Virus record (IMG/VR): IMGVR_UViG_3300041411_000129
Span: 186,001 to 250,000 of that record
Reading direction: 5' to 3' (one strand)
DNA: 64,000 nt
Below the pieces are notes generated by a model, which did no database searches, was not told the DNA's origin, and saw only the letters and a list, made by a program, of their open reading frames with translations. Of the stretch, positions 47,873 through 57,599 are shown piece after piece. Each line of letters opens with the position of its first letter. Position 1 is the first letter of the stretch. The translations under genes and the position numbers were made by a program.

Positions 47873-48046
47873 ATGATGAACTTTAAACTGATCGTTACGA
47901 CAGTCTCATTAATAGCCGCTGGTACAGCGGCTAGCTATGCTGCGTACCGAGTAGTGAAGAAGTCCCGTGAAGAAGGTATTCCAGTCTTCACGGTTATCGT
48001 CCAGGCTTATAACACCACCGTTGATGAAATCCGCAATAAGCTGTAA
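47873..48046 (+). CDS. Small TM-anchored protein
   Basis: LIVTTVSLIAAGTAASYAAYRVVKK. Confidence 0.7.
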   Translation: MMNFKLIVTTVSLIAAGTAASYAAYRVVKKSREEGIPVFTVIVQAYNTTVDEIRNKL

Positions 48047-48056
48047 TCATCCAACC

Positions 48057-48069
48057 GACTGAGGAAGTC
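48057..48069 (+). promoter_or_regulatory. SD-caging hairpin (copy 4)
   Basis: GACT-GAGGA-AGTC (compensatory T-A pair) before ATG 48074. Confidence 0.7.
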
Positions 48070-48073
48070 CGCT

Positions 48074-48328
48074 ATGCAAGTACAAGCCTACAAAGAAGCA
48101 ATGCTTAAATTGGCCGCCCGTTACAAGGAGCTGAAGAAGCGCCTCAACGTGATGGGTACAGAACCATGGAACTGGCCGATCGCCGCACATCCGCTGTTTG
48201 TCGCCTACACCACGAAGGTTCTGGATACTGACCCTACTCCGGAAAATCTGGAAGAAGTAATCTCCGGGATCAATCGACTGATCCTGGCTATCGACGGTGA
48301 AATCTCAGTAACCGCATTCCCTGTATAA
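48074..48328 (+). CDS. Hypothetical protein
   Basis: Operonic ORF. Confidence 0.75.
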   Translation: MQVQAYKEAMLKLAARYKELKKRLNVMGTEPWNWPIAAHPLFVAYTTKVLDTDPTPENLEEVISGINRLILAIDGEISVTAFPV

Positions 48329-48343
48329 CACTTTCTTATTATC

Positions 48344-48356
48344 GTCCGAGGAGGAC
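48344..48356 (+). promoter_or_regulatory. SD-caging hairpin (copy 5)
   Basis: GTCC-GAGGA-GGAC before ATG 48361. Confidence 0.75.
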
Positions 48357-48360
48357 TAAC

Positions 48361-48933
48361 ATGCAAAAGCGCAACTTTATCACTAACACCGTTATCAACA
48401 CTAGCCGTCTGGTAGCCGTCTATGACGATCAGATGGGGATGGTCGGCTACACGAATGACCGCCCAATCGGCGATGCATTCGTGTTCATCAAGGAACATGG
48501 TTACTTCGTCAGGATCGGTTTCTTCAACATGGATTACGAGGACTACGTCAACGCAGCTCTGTATCTGGAGCTTCCCGTAATTACTAACTTCACGTACAAC
48601 GAGTATGTGGAGAAACTGAATTACGAACGTGCTGTGTATGGCGCACTTAGCGGCGCAATCACTGAAACCATTCTGGCTCAGTTGATAGAAGGTCTTGCCC
48701 GAATGGATGAAACCTTCCCAGGTCCAACGCTGACGTCGTTCGAAAACTACGACGAGGTAGTTAACAATATCAACTGCCTCAAACGAGTGATAGTCCAGCA
48801 CGGAGGCAAGCCTTTCAATGTAGGCACTGCATTCGAGAAAGATCCAGAAGATTACAGCCGGCCATTACATCATGCGCTGAAAGTGATCGTCGAGGAAAAT
48901 ACCCGTCGAGTACGTGGCAATCGCCACTACTAA
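48361..48933 (+). CDS. Hypothetical protein
   Basis: 190-aa ORF. Confidence 0.8.
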   Translation: MQKRNFITNTVINTSRLVAVYDDQMGMVGYTNDRPIGDAFVFIKEHGYFVRIGFFNMDYEDYVNAALYLELPVITNFTYNEYVEKLNYERAVYGALSGAITETILAQLIEGLARMDETFPGPTLTSFENYDEVVNNINCLKRVIVQHGGKPFNVGTAFEKDPEDYSRPLHHALKVIVEENTRRVRGNRHY

Positions 48934-48994
48934 CCCGCAACAAGAGAGCAGCTAATCCCTGCTCTCTTTTTTTTACCCTAAAAGGAATACCCCG

Positions 48995-49651
48995 ATGTTC
49001 GAACAAACCGAATCACGTCAACTGACTGAAGCTCAGAAGAAAGACATCAAACAGAAGTACGAGCAAGGTCTGAATCAGGACAAGGTCAAGAGCGCACTGC
49101 ACTCGGTCGACATGTCTCTGGGCATCTTCGGCGGCGGTAGCAAGATCTCTCTGATGGAGCGTCCAATCAGCCGCTTCGTTTTCCACACGATCTTCTCCAA
49201 CCCGAAGGTCGAATCATTCTTCCGTCGCTGCCACGAGGCTGAGACGTACATCACCTCTGACGAGTTCGCCGAGTTCGAGAAGATCTGCCAAGAGATCACC
49301 GTCAAGATCTCCAAGACCTCCATCGAACAGATCTTCCTGTCGGCCGCCAAGCTGCCGCACACCAACGTTGATCTGTGGGTGATCGAAGCTGACTGGCGTG
49401 ATCTGACTGCCCGCATCACCTGGACTCCTGAAATGGAAGCCGCGGTTGAGCAACAGATGGCCGGCATCTTTAACCACCTCGAGCGTCTGCGCGCACTGTC
49501 CACCCGTGACGTTCAGTACTACACCCTGGGCGACATCCTGACCGGCGAAGCCGCCTCTGAAGCCCGTGCTAACGAAGCGCTGATGGAAGCATCGTGCGCT
49601 CTGCTGCGCCAGCACCTGCTGTCCATGCCTGTGCAACAGCACGTCGGCTAA
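48995..49651 (+). CDS. Hypothetical protein
   Basis: AAGGA SD; strongly C/G-ending codons. Confidence 0.85.
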   Translation: MFEQTESRQLTEAQKKDIKQKYEQGLNQDKVKSALHSVDMSLGIFGGGSKISLMERPISRFVFHTIFSNPKVESFFRRCHEAETYITSDEFAEFEKICQEITVKISKTSIEQIFLSAAKLPHTNVDLWVIEADWRDLTARITWTPEMEAAVEQQMAGIFNHLERLRALSTRDVQYYTLGDILTGEAASEARANEALMEASCALLRQHLLSMPVQQHVG

Positions 49652-49734
49652 TCGATAGACGCTCCTTCGGGAGCGTCGTTCTATTTCTTTTTTTTATCTG
49701 AATTCGATGCTATGCCCACACTGAGGATAGCATC

Positions 49735-50175
49735 ATGGCATCGAAGACATTTGGTAATTTGGACACGCGTGAATTAGCACGTCGGGACTATCTCTTATTA
49801 GGGAACTTCTGGCGTCAGGACAAAGAGCTGGGTCTCATTGTTGCGAAGAAAGGTTTCCGAACCAACTACGCGAGCATTGACGTCTTGCTGAAAACTGGCT
49901 TGATCTTCTTCTACGCCTTCTTGGCGAGTTACGGGGATCAGTCAGCTACCATCCACGACTGGTTGTACAGCGGTTATGGCATCGAGCGTGCAGACGGTAG
50001 TATCTATTACCCTACACGTAAAGAATGCGATGAAGCGTTCCACAGAGCCTTGTTGGATGAGGGTGTGGGACCTATCAGAGCGATGATGTTCTACATCGGT
50101 GTACGTCTTGGTGGTGCTGCGCATTACTCGAAGGTTCCGGTTAAGTTTGTGCCTCAGGCGGTGCTTGAGGCGTAG
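49735..50175 (+). CDS. DUF1353-family protein
   Basis: GFRTNYASI, ATIHDWLYS, RKECDEAF, YIGVRLGG. Confidence 0.75.
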   Translation: MASKTFGNLDTRELARRDYLLLGNFWRQDKELGLIVAKKGFRTNYASIDVLLKTGLIFFYAFLASYGDQSATIHDWLYSGYGIERADGSIYYPTRKECDEAFHRALLDEGVGPIRAMMFYIGVRLGGAAHYSKVPVKFVPQAVLEA

Positions 50176-50196
50176 TAGATTAATAGAAGGGCGACC

Positions 50197-50487
50197 ATGG
50201 AACGATTTCATCGTAAGAAAGAAGCTGCTGCGAAAGGATTCTTCTTCCTAGATCATGAATGTACCGGTAAGCTATACACCGGTAAGTCCACGAACATCTT
50301 GAAAGAAGTATTGGCCATCAGAGCGGCCTTGAGAGTCGGGAACTGTACTTGCAAGAAGCTCCAGAAGCTCTTCAATTCAGATCCCGAGTTTGATGTGCGG
50401 TTTATAATCACGAAGGCAATACCCGACGCTGCGCTACTCGAGAAAGAGTTCCGTAAAGGTAAGCCCAAACATCTATTGATCAACTGA
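50197..50487 (+). CDS. Degenerate GIY-YIG-like protein
   Basis: FFFLDHECTGKLYTGKS; H-less variant; distal E. Confidence 0.45.
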   Translation: MERFHRKKEAAAKGFFFLDHECTGKLYTGKSTNILKEVLAIRAALRVGNCTCKKLQKLFNSDPEFDVRFIITKAIPDAALLEKEFRKGKPKHLLIN

Positions 50488-50496
50488 GGTAAAGTC

Positions 50497-50970
50497 ATGA
50501 AAGCTCTATGGAATATCATTAAACCCATCATAATGCCGTGGAATCTTCCATGGCTGCTGGTGACTATCCTCCTCGGGTACGCTACGTGTCACTATTACAT
50601 CGAGTATAGCACGTACCGCCAGAAGGAAATCCGTAAGGTTGTTCTTCTCGATACGTGGAGTGAAATGCATGGATCGAAGCACAGCATCCATGAAGAGTTC
50701 ATGGGTTACTTCCGTGACGATCTTAGCGGCACTGGGTTTGAGTATCCGGTGAGTGGTGGCCTACACGAGTCCTTCTCTAAGACCTTGAAAGCAATGCCGC
50801 TCGATGTCAGGCTGTCGCCGCGAGATGTGGGGAATGAAGGTCAGAAAGACTGGATGATGTTTGCATTCCTCCTCTATGGAATTGGGTTCCTCGTATCGAT
50901 AGTTGTCAGGATCGGTGTGTGGGGTGATTCCATTAAACAGAAGTCTTACGAGAAACACTCGAAGAAATAA
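50497..50970 (+). CDS. Two-TM membrane protein
   Basis: N- and C-terminal TM helices. Confidence 0.75.
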   Translation: MKALWNIIKPIIMPWNLPWLLVTILLGYATCHYYIEYSTYRQKEIRKVVLLDTWSEMHGSKHSIHEEFMGYFRDDLSGTGFEYPVSGGLHESFSKTLKAMPLDVRLSPRDVGNEGQKDWMMFAFLLYGIGFLVSIVVRIGVWGDSIKQKSYEKHSKK

Positions 50971-50976
50971 GCGCAG

Positions 50977-51007
50977 CATAAAGCCCGGCACAATGCCGGG
51001 CTTTATG
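50977..51007. terminator. Bidirectional terminator
   Basis: CATAAAGCCCGGCA/TGCCGGGCTTTATG, 14 bp. Confidence 0.85.
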
Positions 51008-51014
51008 TCGTTCG

Positions 51015-54000
51015 TCACTTGATGCTACGTTCCATCCACGTCAGCAGAGCGATGATTGTGTCCTTAGCAATCACGTCTGGATGAGGTAGACCTTCCACGA
51101 AGACTTGACTAACACCCTGGTGATACCACTTATCGTAGAAATCCATGTACAGGGGATTGTCGTAATCGTAGATAGCGTCACTGAACTCAGACCCATCCGA
51201 ATGATCCAGCCAAGTGAACCAGTAGTCCTTCTCATACATCGGAAGGAGCTGCTCGATCAACTTAACTGCCTGTAGAATCTCAGCTTGTGTCAACGCCTTG
51301 ATCGTTTCAGGAGCCTTCACTGGAGTTTCGCGACTGTCAATCCAAATGTCGAATTCACGTTTCTCTACCTTAGTAGTGAATGCCGTGTGTCCGCCGATAG
51401 AATGAGTAGGTTTCAGATCAACGATAGGGGTTGGGATTTTCTTGAAGTCGGCGATAGCCTTCTCCCCCAACTCCTTAACCTTATCCGCATCATCCGCCTT
51501 GATCGCCGCGATAATCTTCGGTACTACACCTTTGTAGATCGATTGAACTGCGTCGTTCATGGCTTTCAATTGACCATGGAACTTATCACACAACCGACTG
51601 GCGTCACCTACAGCGCTACTGACCGCAGGAATGGAGTCCAAGAACTTACCGTTCAGCGAGAGTGCCTGAGCGATACCACCACTCGATACCGTGCTATTGA
51701 AAGTCTGCTCCGACAACCATTTGCTATTGCCGAAGTATTCTTTCAGGTATCTGTCAATACCTGTCGCATCGAGCATGTTGTGTTTTTCTTTAATGACGGC
51801 CTTGTTCCTGGCTTCATCCATCTTCTTCTTTGGATCGCCGACGATCAGATTTTTAATGCTCTTCATCATGTCGGAGAAACCTTCAAAGGAAGGCGGAATG
51901 ACTTTAATCTGCACAGAGTAGCCGTGCAGTGCCTGCCTGACGTCAACAGGTACGCAACGAACGATGTTCTTGCTGACTTCGCCTTGAGTCTTGTACTCAC
52001 CAGACAATCCATTGACTGGGTTGTAGTTTGCCATCCAACCATCTTTGACGTCCGGTTTGATCGTGTACAGGAATACCTGCAACGCATGAACGTCAGTAAT
52101 AGTCAGAGGTTCGTTCGACTCGATCTCGATACGACGGCCAGTGAACTTGTAACGGTTGAGTTTGAACTTCTTCTCGATAGCCGAGGAGATACCCAACATC
52201 ACCGCCGTGTCCTTGTCGTCAGCAGCGTACAGCCATTCATTAGTCTCGCACTTATCCCAACGCACGATCTCACCACTACGTTGGAAGCCAGGCAGAAGCT
52301 CGCCTTGCTTGAACGCAGAGCCGTGGTAGAGGTATTGCGGCAGATCTACTTCAGGTTCTTCCTGTACAGCGTACGGCGCAATGGTGTCGCCAACTTCACG
52401 GGAATAAGCAGCCGATTCCGAGTTCCAGCCTTCACCACCGCCACGATGCATGTCGCCTTGGAAGACGCCCAGCAGATCAGCAACGAACGACCCTAAGTCA
52501 GCCATGAAGTCGAACACTTCCAGAGACAGAGTCTCGGTGTCCACGTTCTTGATGCCGAGGATAGATGCGGTCATTTCAGCCGACCACGTCAGGATGTCGT
52601 TACTGCGGGTGGAGATGTTTGGAGCATCGCCAGTATCCAGCAAGAAGTCGAAGACGAATACTTCACTGTCTTGACCCAACCGGGCAGCACGAGCGATTGT
52701 CTGTGTGCGGATCGCATCACGGAACGGTTGGTTGAGCATCAGGATGGTGTTTGCAACGGTCAGTGGTACGGCCGTAGACAAACTCTGGAATGTAGCGACC
52801 AGAGGATTGAGGTCCTCATCCTTGTAGTACTTGGCCACGATGGTTGGTAAGTCCTTATTGGTCTCACCGTACACCTTCGCTGGAGTATACCCATCGTGGT
52901 ACAGTTTGTCGGCAGCAGCTTCCAGCACTTCAACGTAACTGGTGAAGATCAGCGTCTTCTTCTTAGCCGCATCGATGTACTTCTCGAGATCGATGTGCGC
53001 CAGCATATCCAGGTGGCATGCACTGCGGGCCTTACCAAGCACCCCGCCGAGCGCCTCACCCATGATTTTCAACTTGACATATTTAACTACACTGCGGGCG
53101 CCTTTGAACTCAGCTTTCAGAGAACCATTCAGCCTTGGCATGATGGTCTTCAGCTCGTACCGATTACAGAGCTGAGCCTCAGCCTTCATGGTCATCGGAT
53201 CAAATCCGCCAGATACAGTTGCGAAAGCAGATCGATAAGCGTTGAACTCACGACGATCAAGATCAGTACGAAGAGTCTTCTCAAATTCATTGAGACCTTC
53301 CTTGTACTTATCTTCGTAGAACTTCCGGTTCTTCTCGTAGTAGTCCTTGCGTTCATCAATGAACTTACGCATCCGAGCGCCGATGGCTTCCAACGTATAG
53401 TCGTTACCATTAGGCATCTTCACCATGACCTGTTCCACAGTCACCACTGTGTCTACCACGTCCTGTTTAGGAACGTGATACTTCAGGTGACCGATGCGGT
53501 TACGGAGAATGTCGTTTGCGCGTTTAGCGTCCTTGCCGTAGATCTTACGGAAGGCTTCTTCGCAGTTATCATCAAAGTACGGATCGACACACTTAAGGAA
53601 AGGAATACATTCCGATCCCATCGCTTGGATTGGTGTACCGGACATCCATAGGCAGTAAGCGATAGTCGGCATCTTACACATCTCGACCAATAGCTGGGTG
53701 CGGTCAGCGGCAAGACGGTTGAAGTTGTGCGACTCATCGACGATGATCATGGCGTCTTTGAATTCGCGAGGGTTGGCTTTAACGAAGTCGAAGATCGTTT
53801 GGATCGATTCGTAGTGGCAAACGTAGAAGTGCTCGTCCAGCGTCGGGAGACGACCTTCAGTACTCACCCAGTAACGACGCTTGGTCATCATGATGTCTTG
53901 GATGGTATCCTTCCAAACACGCTCTGCGGCGTTCTTAGGAGTGAAGACGATAACCTTAGGCGCATGTAGTGCCTCGCTCAACACGAGAGCTGTAACAGTC

Positions 54001-54470
54001 TTACCGGTGCCTGCGCCAGCATCGAGCAGATAACCTTTAAGCTTGTAAGCAGGGACCATCCGACCGTACAGTTGAGCGAACTCACGCTGGAAAGGCTTCA
54101 GTGGGAATGGAACCTGATTGTCCACTACAGACATGTCAGTGATCGACTTGACATCACGGTCTACGTCACCGAGCCAAGTCTTCTCACGTAGCTCCTCGAT
54201 GACCTTAGCCAGTACACGCTTCGGCGTACGGGTCTGCTTGTCATCGTACAGCGTTTGACACATGTAAAGGAAGTCGAATCCGAAGAAGTGACGCATCTTG
54301 AATTCGCTACTTCGAACATTCTGGAACATGTACTTGTAGAGAGCGTTGGTTCCCCAGAGACGATACACGTCCTTGAAGAACAGCATCGTACTGATACCTT
54401 CCACTACAATGAAATCACGGGTAGTGGTTACGTCCACTAATCCAAGACGCCGCCTTAATCCTGCTAACAT
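51015..54470 (-). CDS. SNF2/SF2 helicase with about 500-aa C-terminal extension
   Basis: DAGAGTGKT, IVDESHN, MSGTP, QTIARAARLGQ. Confidence 0.88.
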   Translation of the reverse strand: MLAGLRRRLGLVDVTTTRDFIVVEGISTMLFFKDVYRLWGTNALYKYMFQNVRSSEFKMRHFFGFDFLYMCQTLYDDKQTRTPKRVLAKVIEELREKTWLGDVDRDVKSITDMSVVDNQVPFPLKPFQREFAQLYGRMVPAYKLKGYLLDAGAGTGKTVTALVLSEALHAPKVIVFTPKNAAERVWKDTIQDIMMTKRRYWVSTEGRLPTLDEHFYVCHYESIQTIFDFVKANPREFKDAMIIVDESHNFNRLAADRTQLLVEMCKMPTIAYCLWMSGTPIQAMGSECIPFLKCVDPYFDDNCEEAFRKIYGKDAKRANDILRNRIGHLKYHVPKQDVVDTVVTVEQVMVKMPNGNDYTLEAIGARMRKFIDERKDYYEKNRKFYEDKYKEGLNEFEKTLRTDLDRREFNAYRSAFATVSGGFDPMTMKAEAQLCNRYELKTIMPRLNGSLKAEFKGARSVVKYVKLKIMGEALGGVLGKARSACHLDMLAHIDLEKYIDAAKKKTLIFTSYVEVLEAAADKLYHDGYTPAKVYGETNKDLPTIVAKYYKDEDLNPLVATFQSLSTAVPLTVANTILMLNQPFRDAIRTQTIARAARLGQDSEVFVFDFLLDTGDAPNISTRSNDILTWSAEMTASILGIKNVDTETLSLEVFDFMADLGSFVADLLGVFQGDMHRGGGEGWNSESAAYSREVGDTIAPYAVQEEPEVDLPQYLYHGSAFKQGELLPGFQRSGEIVRWDKCETNEWLYAADDKDTAVMLGISSAIEKKFKLNRYKFTGRRIEIESNEPLTITDVHALQVFLYTIKPDVKDGWMANYNPVNGLSGEYKTQGEVSKNIVRCVPVDVRQALHGYSVQIKVIPPSFEGFSDMMKSIKNLIVGDPKKKMDEARNKAVIKEKHNMLDATGIDRYLKEYFGNSKWLSEQTFNSTVSSGGIAQALSLNGKFLDSIPAVSSAVGDASRLCDKFHGQLKAMNDAVQSIYKGVVPKIIAAIKADDADKVKELGEKAIADFKKIPTPIVDLKPTHSIGGHTAFTTKVEKREFDIWIDSRETPVKAPETIKALTQAEILQAVKLIEQLLPMYEKDYWFTWLDHSDGSEFSDAIYDYDNPLYMDFYDKWYHQGVSQVFVEGLPHPDVIAKDTIIALLTWMERSIK

Positions 54471-54575
54471 GGTAATCCCCGTTGTTTCGAAGTAGTGGAG
54501 GTAAATGACATAAAATGTGTCTCTACCTATTCGAGTGATTTACAAGCATACATCATTGAACTAGATAACCCCAAT

Positions 54576-54590
54576 CGACCGAGGAGGTCG
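54576..54590 (+). promoter_or_regulatory. SD-caging hairpin (copy 6)
   Basis: CGACC-GAGGA-GGTCG before ATG 54593. Confidence 0.75.
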
Positions 54591-54592
54591 CG

Positions 54593-55138
54593 ATGTCTGA
54601 GTTAAAAGATCCGTACGTTTTGTTTGAAGCACTGGTAGCAATTTCTAAGGGCTGTACCAACGTAACTCAAGCCAAGAACATCGCAGCACAAGCACTTAAA
54701 GACTATAGCGCTGGTGATGTTCGCCTAGCCGTAAAGTCTGGCGTCGATAAGGTTACTGGCGCTGTCTTCCAGAAGGTCACTCCGGGGATGTATACGAAAC
54801 CCGGTAGCAATCTCACTAGTTACGTTCTGGACATTCCTTATAACGAAGAGTGCGAATATCGCTGCGTGTATGTCAGTTACCGCAACGGTGATTCCACTCG
54901 ATTCATTCTTGAGACTCCTAAAGGCGTTGATACTAACGTCCTCAAGAACGATCTCAAAGATGCTGGTCTCGGCTGGTATCTACGCAATAATCCTGATTTC
55001 AAATACTGGATTCTCGAGGATGTCGCTCGGACCGCAATTGAAGCGGGTTTCAAACCAACCACTCCGGTAATCACTATCCGGGAGTGGAACCATAACAAAC
55101 GTTTCCGTCATGGCTACATTGTAGTGGCCAAACACTAA
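54593..55138 (+). CDS. Hypothetical protein
   Basis: 181-aa ORF. Confidence 0.8.
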   Translation: MSELKDPYVLFEALVAISKGCTNVTQAKNIAAQALKDYSAGDVRLAVKSGVDKVTGAVFQKVTPGMYTKPGSNLTSYVLDIPYNEECEYRCVYVSYRNGDSTRFILETPKGVDTNVLKNDLKDAGLGWYLRNNPDFKYWILEDVARTAIEAGFKPTTPVITIREWNHNKRFRHGYIVVAKH

Positions 55139-55152
55139 TGAGGAACCCATCG

Positions 55153-56481
55153 ATGTCTAGCACTACCTCTATTGCGTTCTCCACAGTTAACCGTTATTCA
55201 CCTCAAGCGGCGTACCCTGTCAGTAACCCAATCAACCTGATGGTGGATAAGACCACCGCTGATAACTGGCCCGAACGTTCCAACTACCGAAAGGATACTG
55301 CTCATGACCGTATCTTCGATGCGGCGCAAGAGAATCGGTTACAGTTCGTTATCACCCACACCGTGAGTCAGACTGCATCCTCGACTGTCGTTCACCACAT
55401 GTTCGGTTATGCCGACCATGATGGTAATCCTGAACTCATGTCCGACGACATACAGCTCTTCTTCAGCCGTGCGATCACAATCCGCTCGGCACAGGTGCGT
55501 GACATCACTGGTATTCGTACCATCTCCAACGTGGTAGAAGACGTGCTGTTAACGCAGGGGTGGATGGAGGGTGCGCGCGTACAACGTCCTGGAGATATCT
55601 TCCAGAATCTTAGTGCCGAGTCAACCTTCAGCGCTTTCTTCACGCCTGGCATGGTGTGCGTTAATCTATCCGGGGCTTTCAAGAAGAACCAAGTGAAGAT
55701 GATGCACACGAGTAACGAGAGTCCTACTCGTTACATCAAGACCGTCTCCGATGCGTTACACGGCGCCATCAAAGACTGCATTGCTGATCCGATAGAGATG
55801 AAAGACGACTATCTGTTCAGTGCTGCGCAGGATCGGACGAGCGAACCCGTACTCACTCACCACTGGTTCTTCCATCAGCTAGCGCTTGAAACCGAATATG
55901 ATCTCGCCGGTTATGTAACTCTCGGTGACTTCAAGCGGATCTTCGAACCTGAGAATGTATCGTTCACGCTTAATGAATCGGCTGATCGTACAGACCTCAC
56001 TCCGTGGACTGGCTCGGTGGAATCTTATCTGGCCAACCTTCTGATCAACTCTGTCAATGCGAGCATGACTGACTACGGCTACATGTCTGTCAGACTCGAC
56101 GGCATCATCGGTAAGGGTAATGTTCACATTACCCAGCACGCTGTCGGGATGCTTGATCGGAATACGTTCGACGATCTCATCCCTGAGTTCGACATCAAGC
56201 GACCGGCGTTTGCTGATGTCGTGAAGAAAGATCTGAAGATGTTCGTGTGGAATAACGATAGTCCGCCGATCCAGTTCAGCATCGTGGTCGATATCGCTGG
56301 CGTGGCTTCAGTCCACCTGAAAGTGGGCGATGAATCACCTCAGAGGTTTGAACGTCCGATGTACATGGTCGGTATGTTGTCTGGTCAATGGGTGGTGACT
56401 GAAAGTACTATCGATAACAATCGTGCGTACTTCAAGGATGCCATCAGCGTTCTTACCAGTCGCGCTGTCGTTCAACAGTAA
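55153..56481 (+). CDS. Large hypothetical protein
   Basis: GAGGA SD before ATG 55153. Confidence 0.8.
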   Translation: MSSTTSIAFSTVNRYSPQAAYPVSNPINLMVDKTTADNWPERSNYRKDTAHDRIFDAAQENRLQFVITHTVSQTASSTVVHHMFGYADHDGNPELMSDDIQLFFSRAITIRSAQVRDITGIRTISNVVEDVLLTQGWMEGARVQRPGDIFQNLSAESTFSAFFTPGMVCVNLSGAFKKNQVKMMHTSNESPTRYIKTVSDALHGAIKDCIADPIEMKDDYLFSAAQDRTSEPVLTHHWFFHQLALETEYDLAGYVTLGDFKRIFEPENVSFTLNESADRTDLTPWTGSVESYLANLLINSVNASMTDYGYMSVRLDGIIGKGNVHITQHAVGMLDRNTFDDLIPEFDIKRPAFADVVKKDLKMFVWNNDSPPIQFSIVVDIAGVASVHLKVGDESPQRFERPMYMVGMLSGQWVVTESTIDNNRAYFKDAISVLTSRAVVQQ

Positions 56482-56531
56482 GCGGCATAAGCACCCACTC
56501 CTTCGGGAGTGGGTGTGGTCGCTTCTTTTTT

Positions 56532-56849
56532 TTAGAGTTCGGACTCAGGGATGTCAACCATCGACACTGTTTGTCCAGCCAGCTCGTGCGTGCAGTCGCT
56601 GAGGAATTCCCACTGCCCGTTACGAATGAAGCTGTGGCAAACAACCGCTTCAGTGCAGAACTTATTGAATTGAACCATGATGCTTGGCGAATACGTCGGC
56701 ATGTTGACGTTACCATCCCACTGCCACTGCTGATTACTATCACTCGGTTTATCTACTGCGATGTGGTGCATCCACTTACAGCCTGGGCAATAAAGTCCAT
56801 GCATGAAGCCTGCGAAGAGTTCGATCTTAGGTGAGAGTAATTCGCTCAT
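56532..56849 (-). CDS. DUF6527-like Cys/His protein
   Basis: CPGC..H...W.WDG....PTYSPSI...CHSFIRNG..EFLSDCTH.LAGQTV. Confidence 0.7.
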   Translation of the reverse strand: MSELLSPKIELFAGFMHGLYCPGCKWMHHIAVDKPSDSNQQWQWDGNVNMPTYSPSIMVQFNKFCTEAVVCHSFIRNGQWEFLSDCTHELAGQTVSMVDIPESEL

Positions 56850-56885
56850 GATTTGTATGTCCTATAGAACCATTGGGGAACTAAC

Positions 56886-57317
56886 ATGTCTGGGCTTTCT
56901 TACGATCTGGAGCGGCTATTAAAGCTAGCGCTACGAGATCCATTTCTTGGTCACGCAGCCTTACAGTCGAACATGGAGAACATCACTCCTATCGTCTATA
57001 AAGGACACACCGTTGGCTTCGCAGTTCCGTTCCGTGAAAAGGATGGCTACTGGCGAACTGGTTCTATCTTCATCGAACCTGCATTCCGTCGTAAAGGAAT
57101 CGCACACGCTTGGATCGAGGAGTTCATGGAAGGTAAGGCTGGGCGTGCATGGATTGATCCACGTAACGCTTCGAGCATCGCAGCTTACACTGCGGCAGGC
57201 TTTACCAAGTCAGGAAGACGTGTCAAATCAGATAAGACTGGTAACTGGTTTGATGAGTATCTGACAGAAGAAGCAGGTATGGAGAGCAAGCTACCTACGA
57301 CGCTGCTGGCTTGGTGA
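56886..57317 (+). CDS. GNAT-family N-acetyltransferase
   Basis: IFIEPAFRRKGIA; NASSIAAYTAAGF. Confidence 0.85.
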   Translation: MSGLSYDLERLLKLALRDPFLGHAALQSNMENITPIVYKGHTVGFAVPFREKDGYWRTGSIFIEPAFRRKGIAHAWIEEFMEGKAGRAWIDPRNASSIAAYTAAGFTKSGRRVKSDKTGNWFDEYLTEEAGMESKLPTTLLAW

Positions 57318-57328
57318 TCACTATTATA

Positions 57329-57599
57329 TATGTACTAGGCTGCTTCGGGCTGATGAAGCCAAGTATCATGCTAGGTGGGCTCACACGCTCCTCCACCTAG
57401 CCACTGAGGTCGGGACGCTCTCCTCGACCTAGGCGTTGATGTTCGCGGGTTCGTCAACGTCTTGTTAGGTACTCAGTACTTAGCCGTTTGAGAATGGTAA
57501 CGTGAGAGCGCGCCTTTCTCAAACGGATAGCTACTGCGCCCCTGTGTGTTATCGGTATTCTCCCCACCTACTGGAGCAATCTGGTAGGTGGGGTTTATG
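57329..57599 (+). ncRNA. Candidate TATG-initiated sRNA with anti-SD loops
   Basis: Five stems plus GCAA-capped terminator; no credible ORF. Confidence 0.6.

Noticed and set aside
57350-57400. CTGATGA, the hammerhead ribozyme core
   Set aside because: No properly placed GAAA or stems I-III.
57420-57427. TCCTCG resembling the HDV/theta ribozyme L3 loop
   Set aside because: Flanking P3 and P1 pairings cannot be formed.
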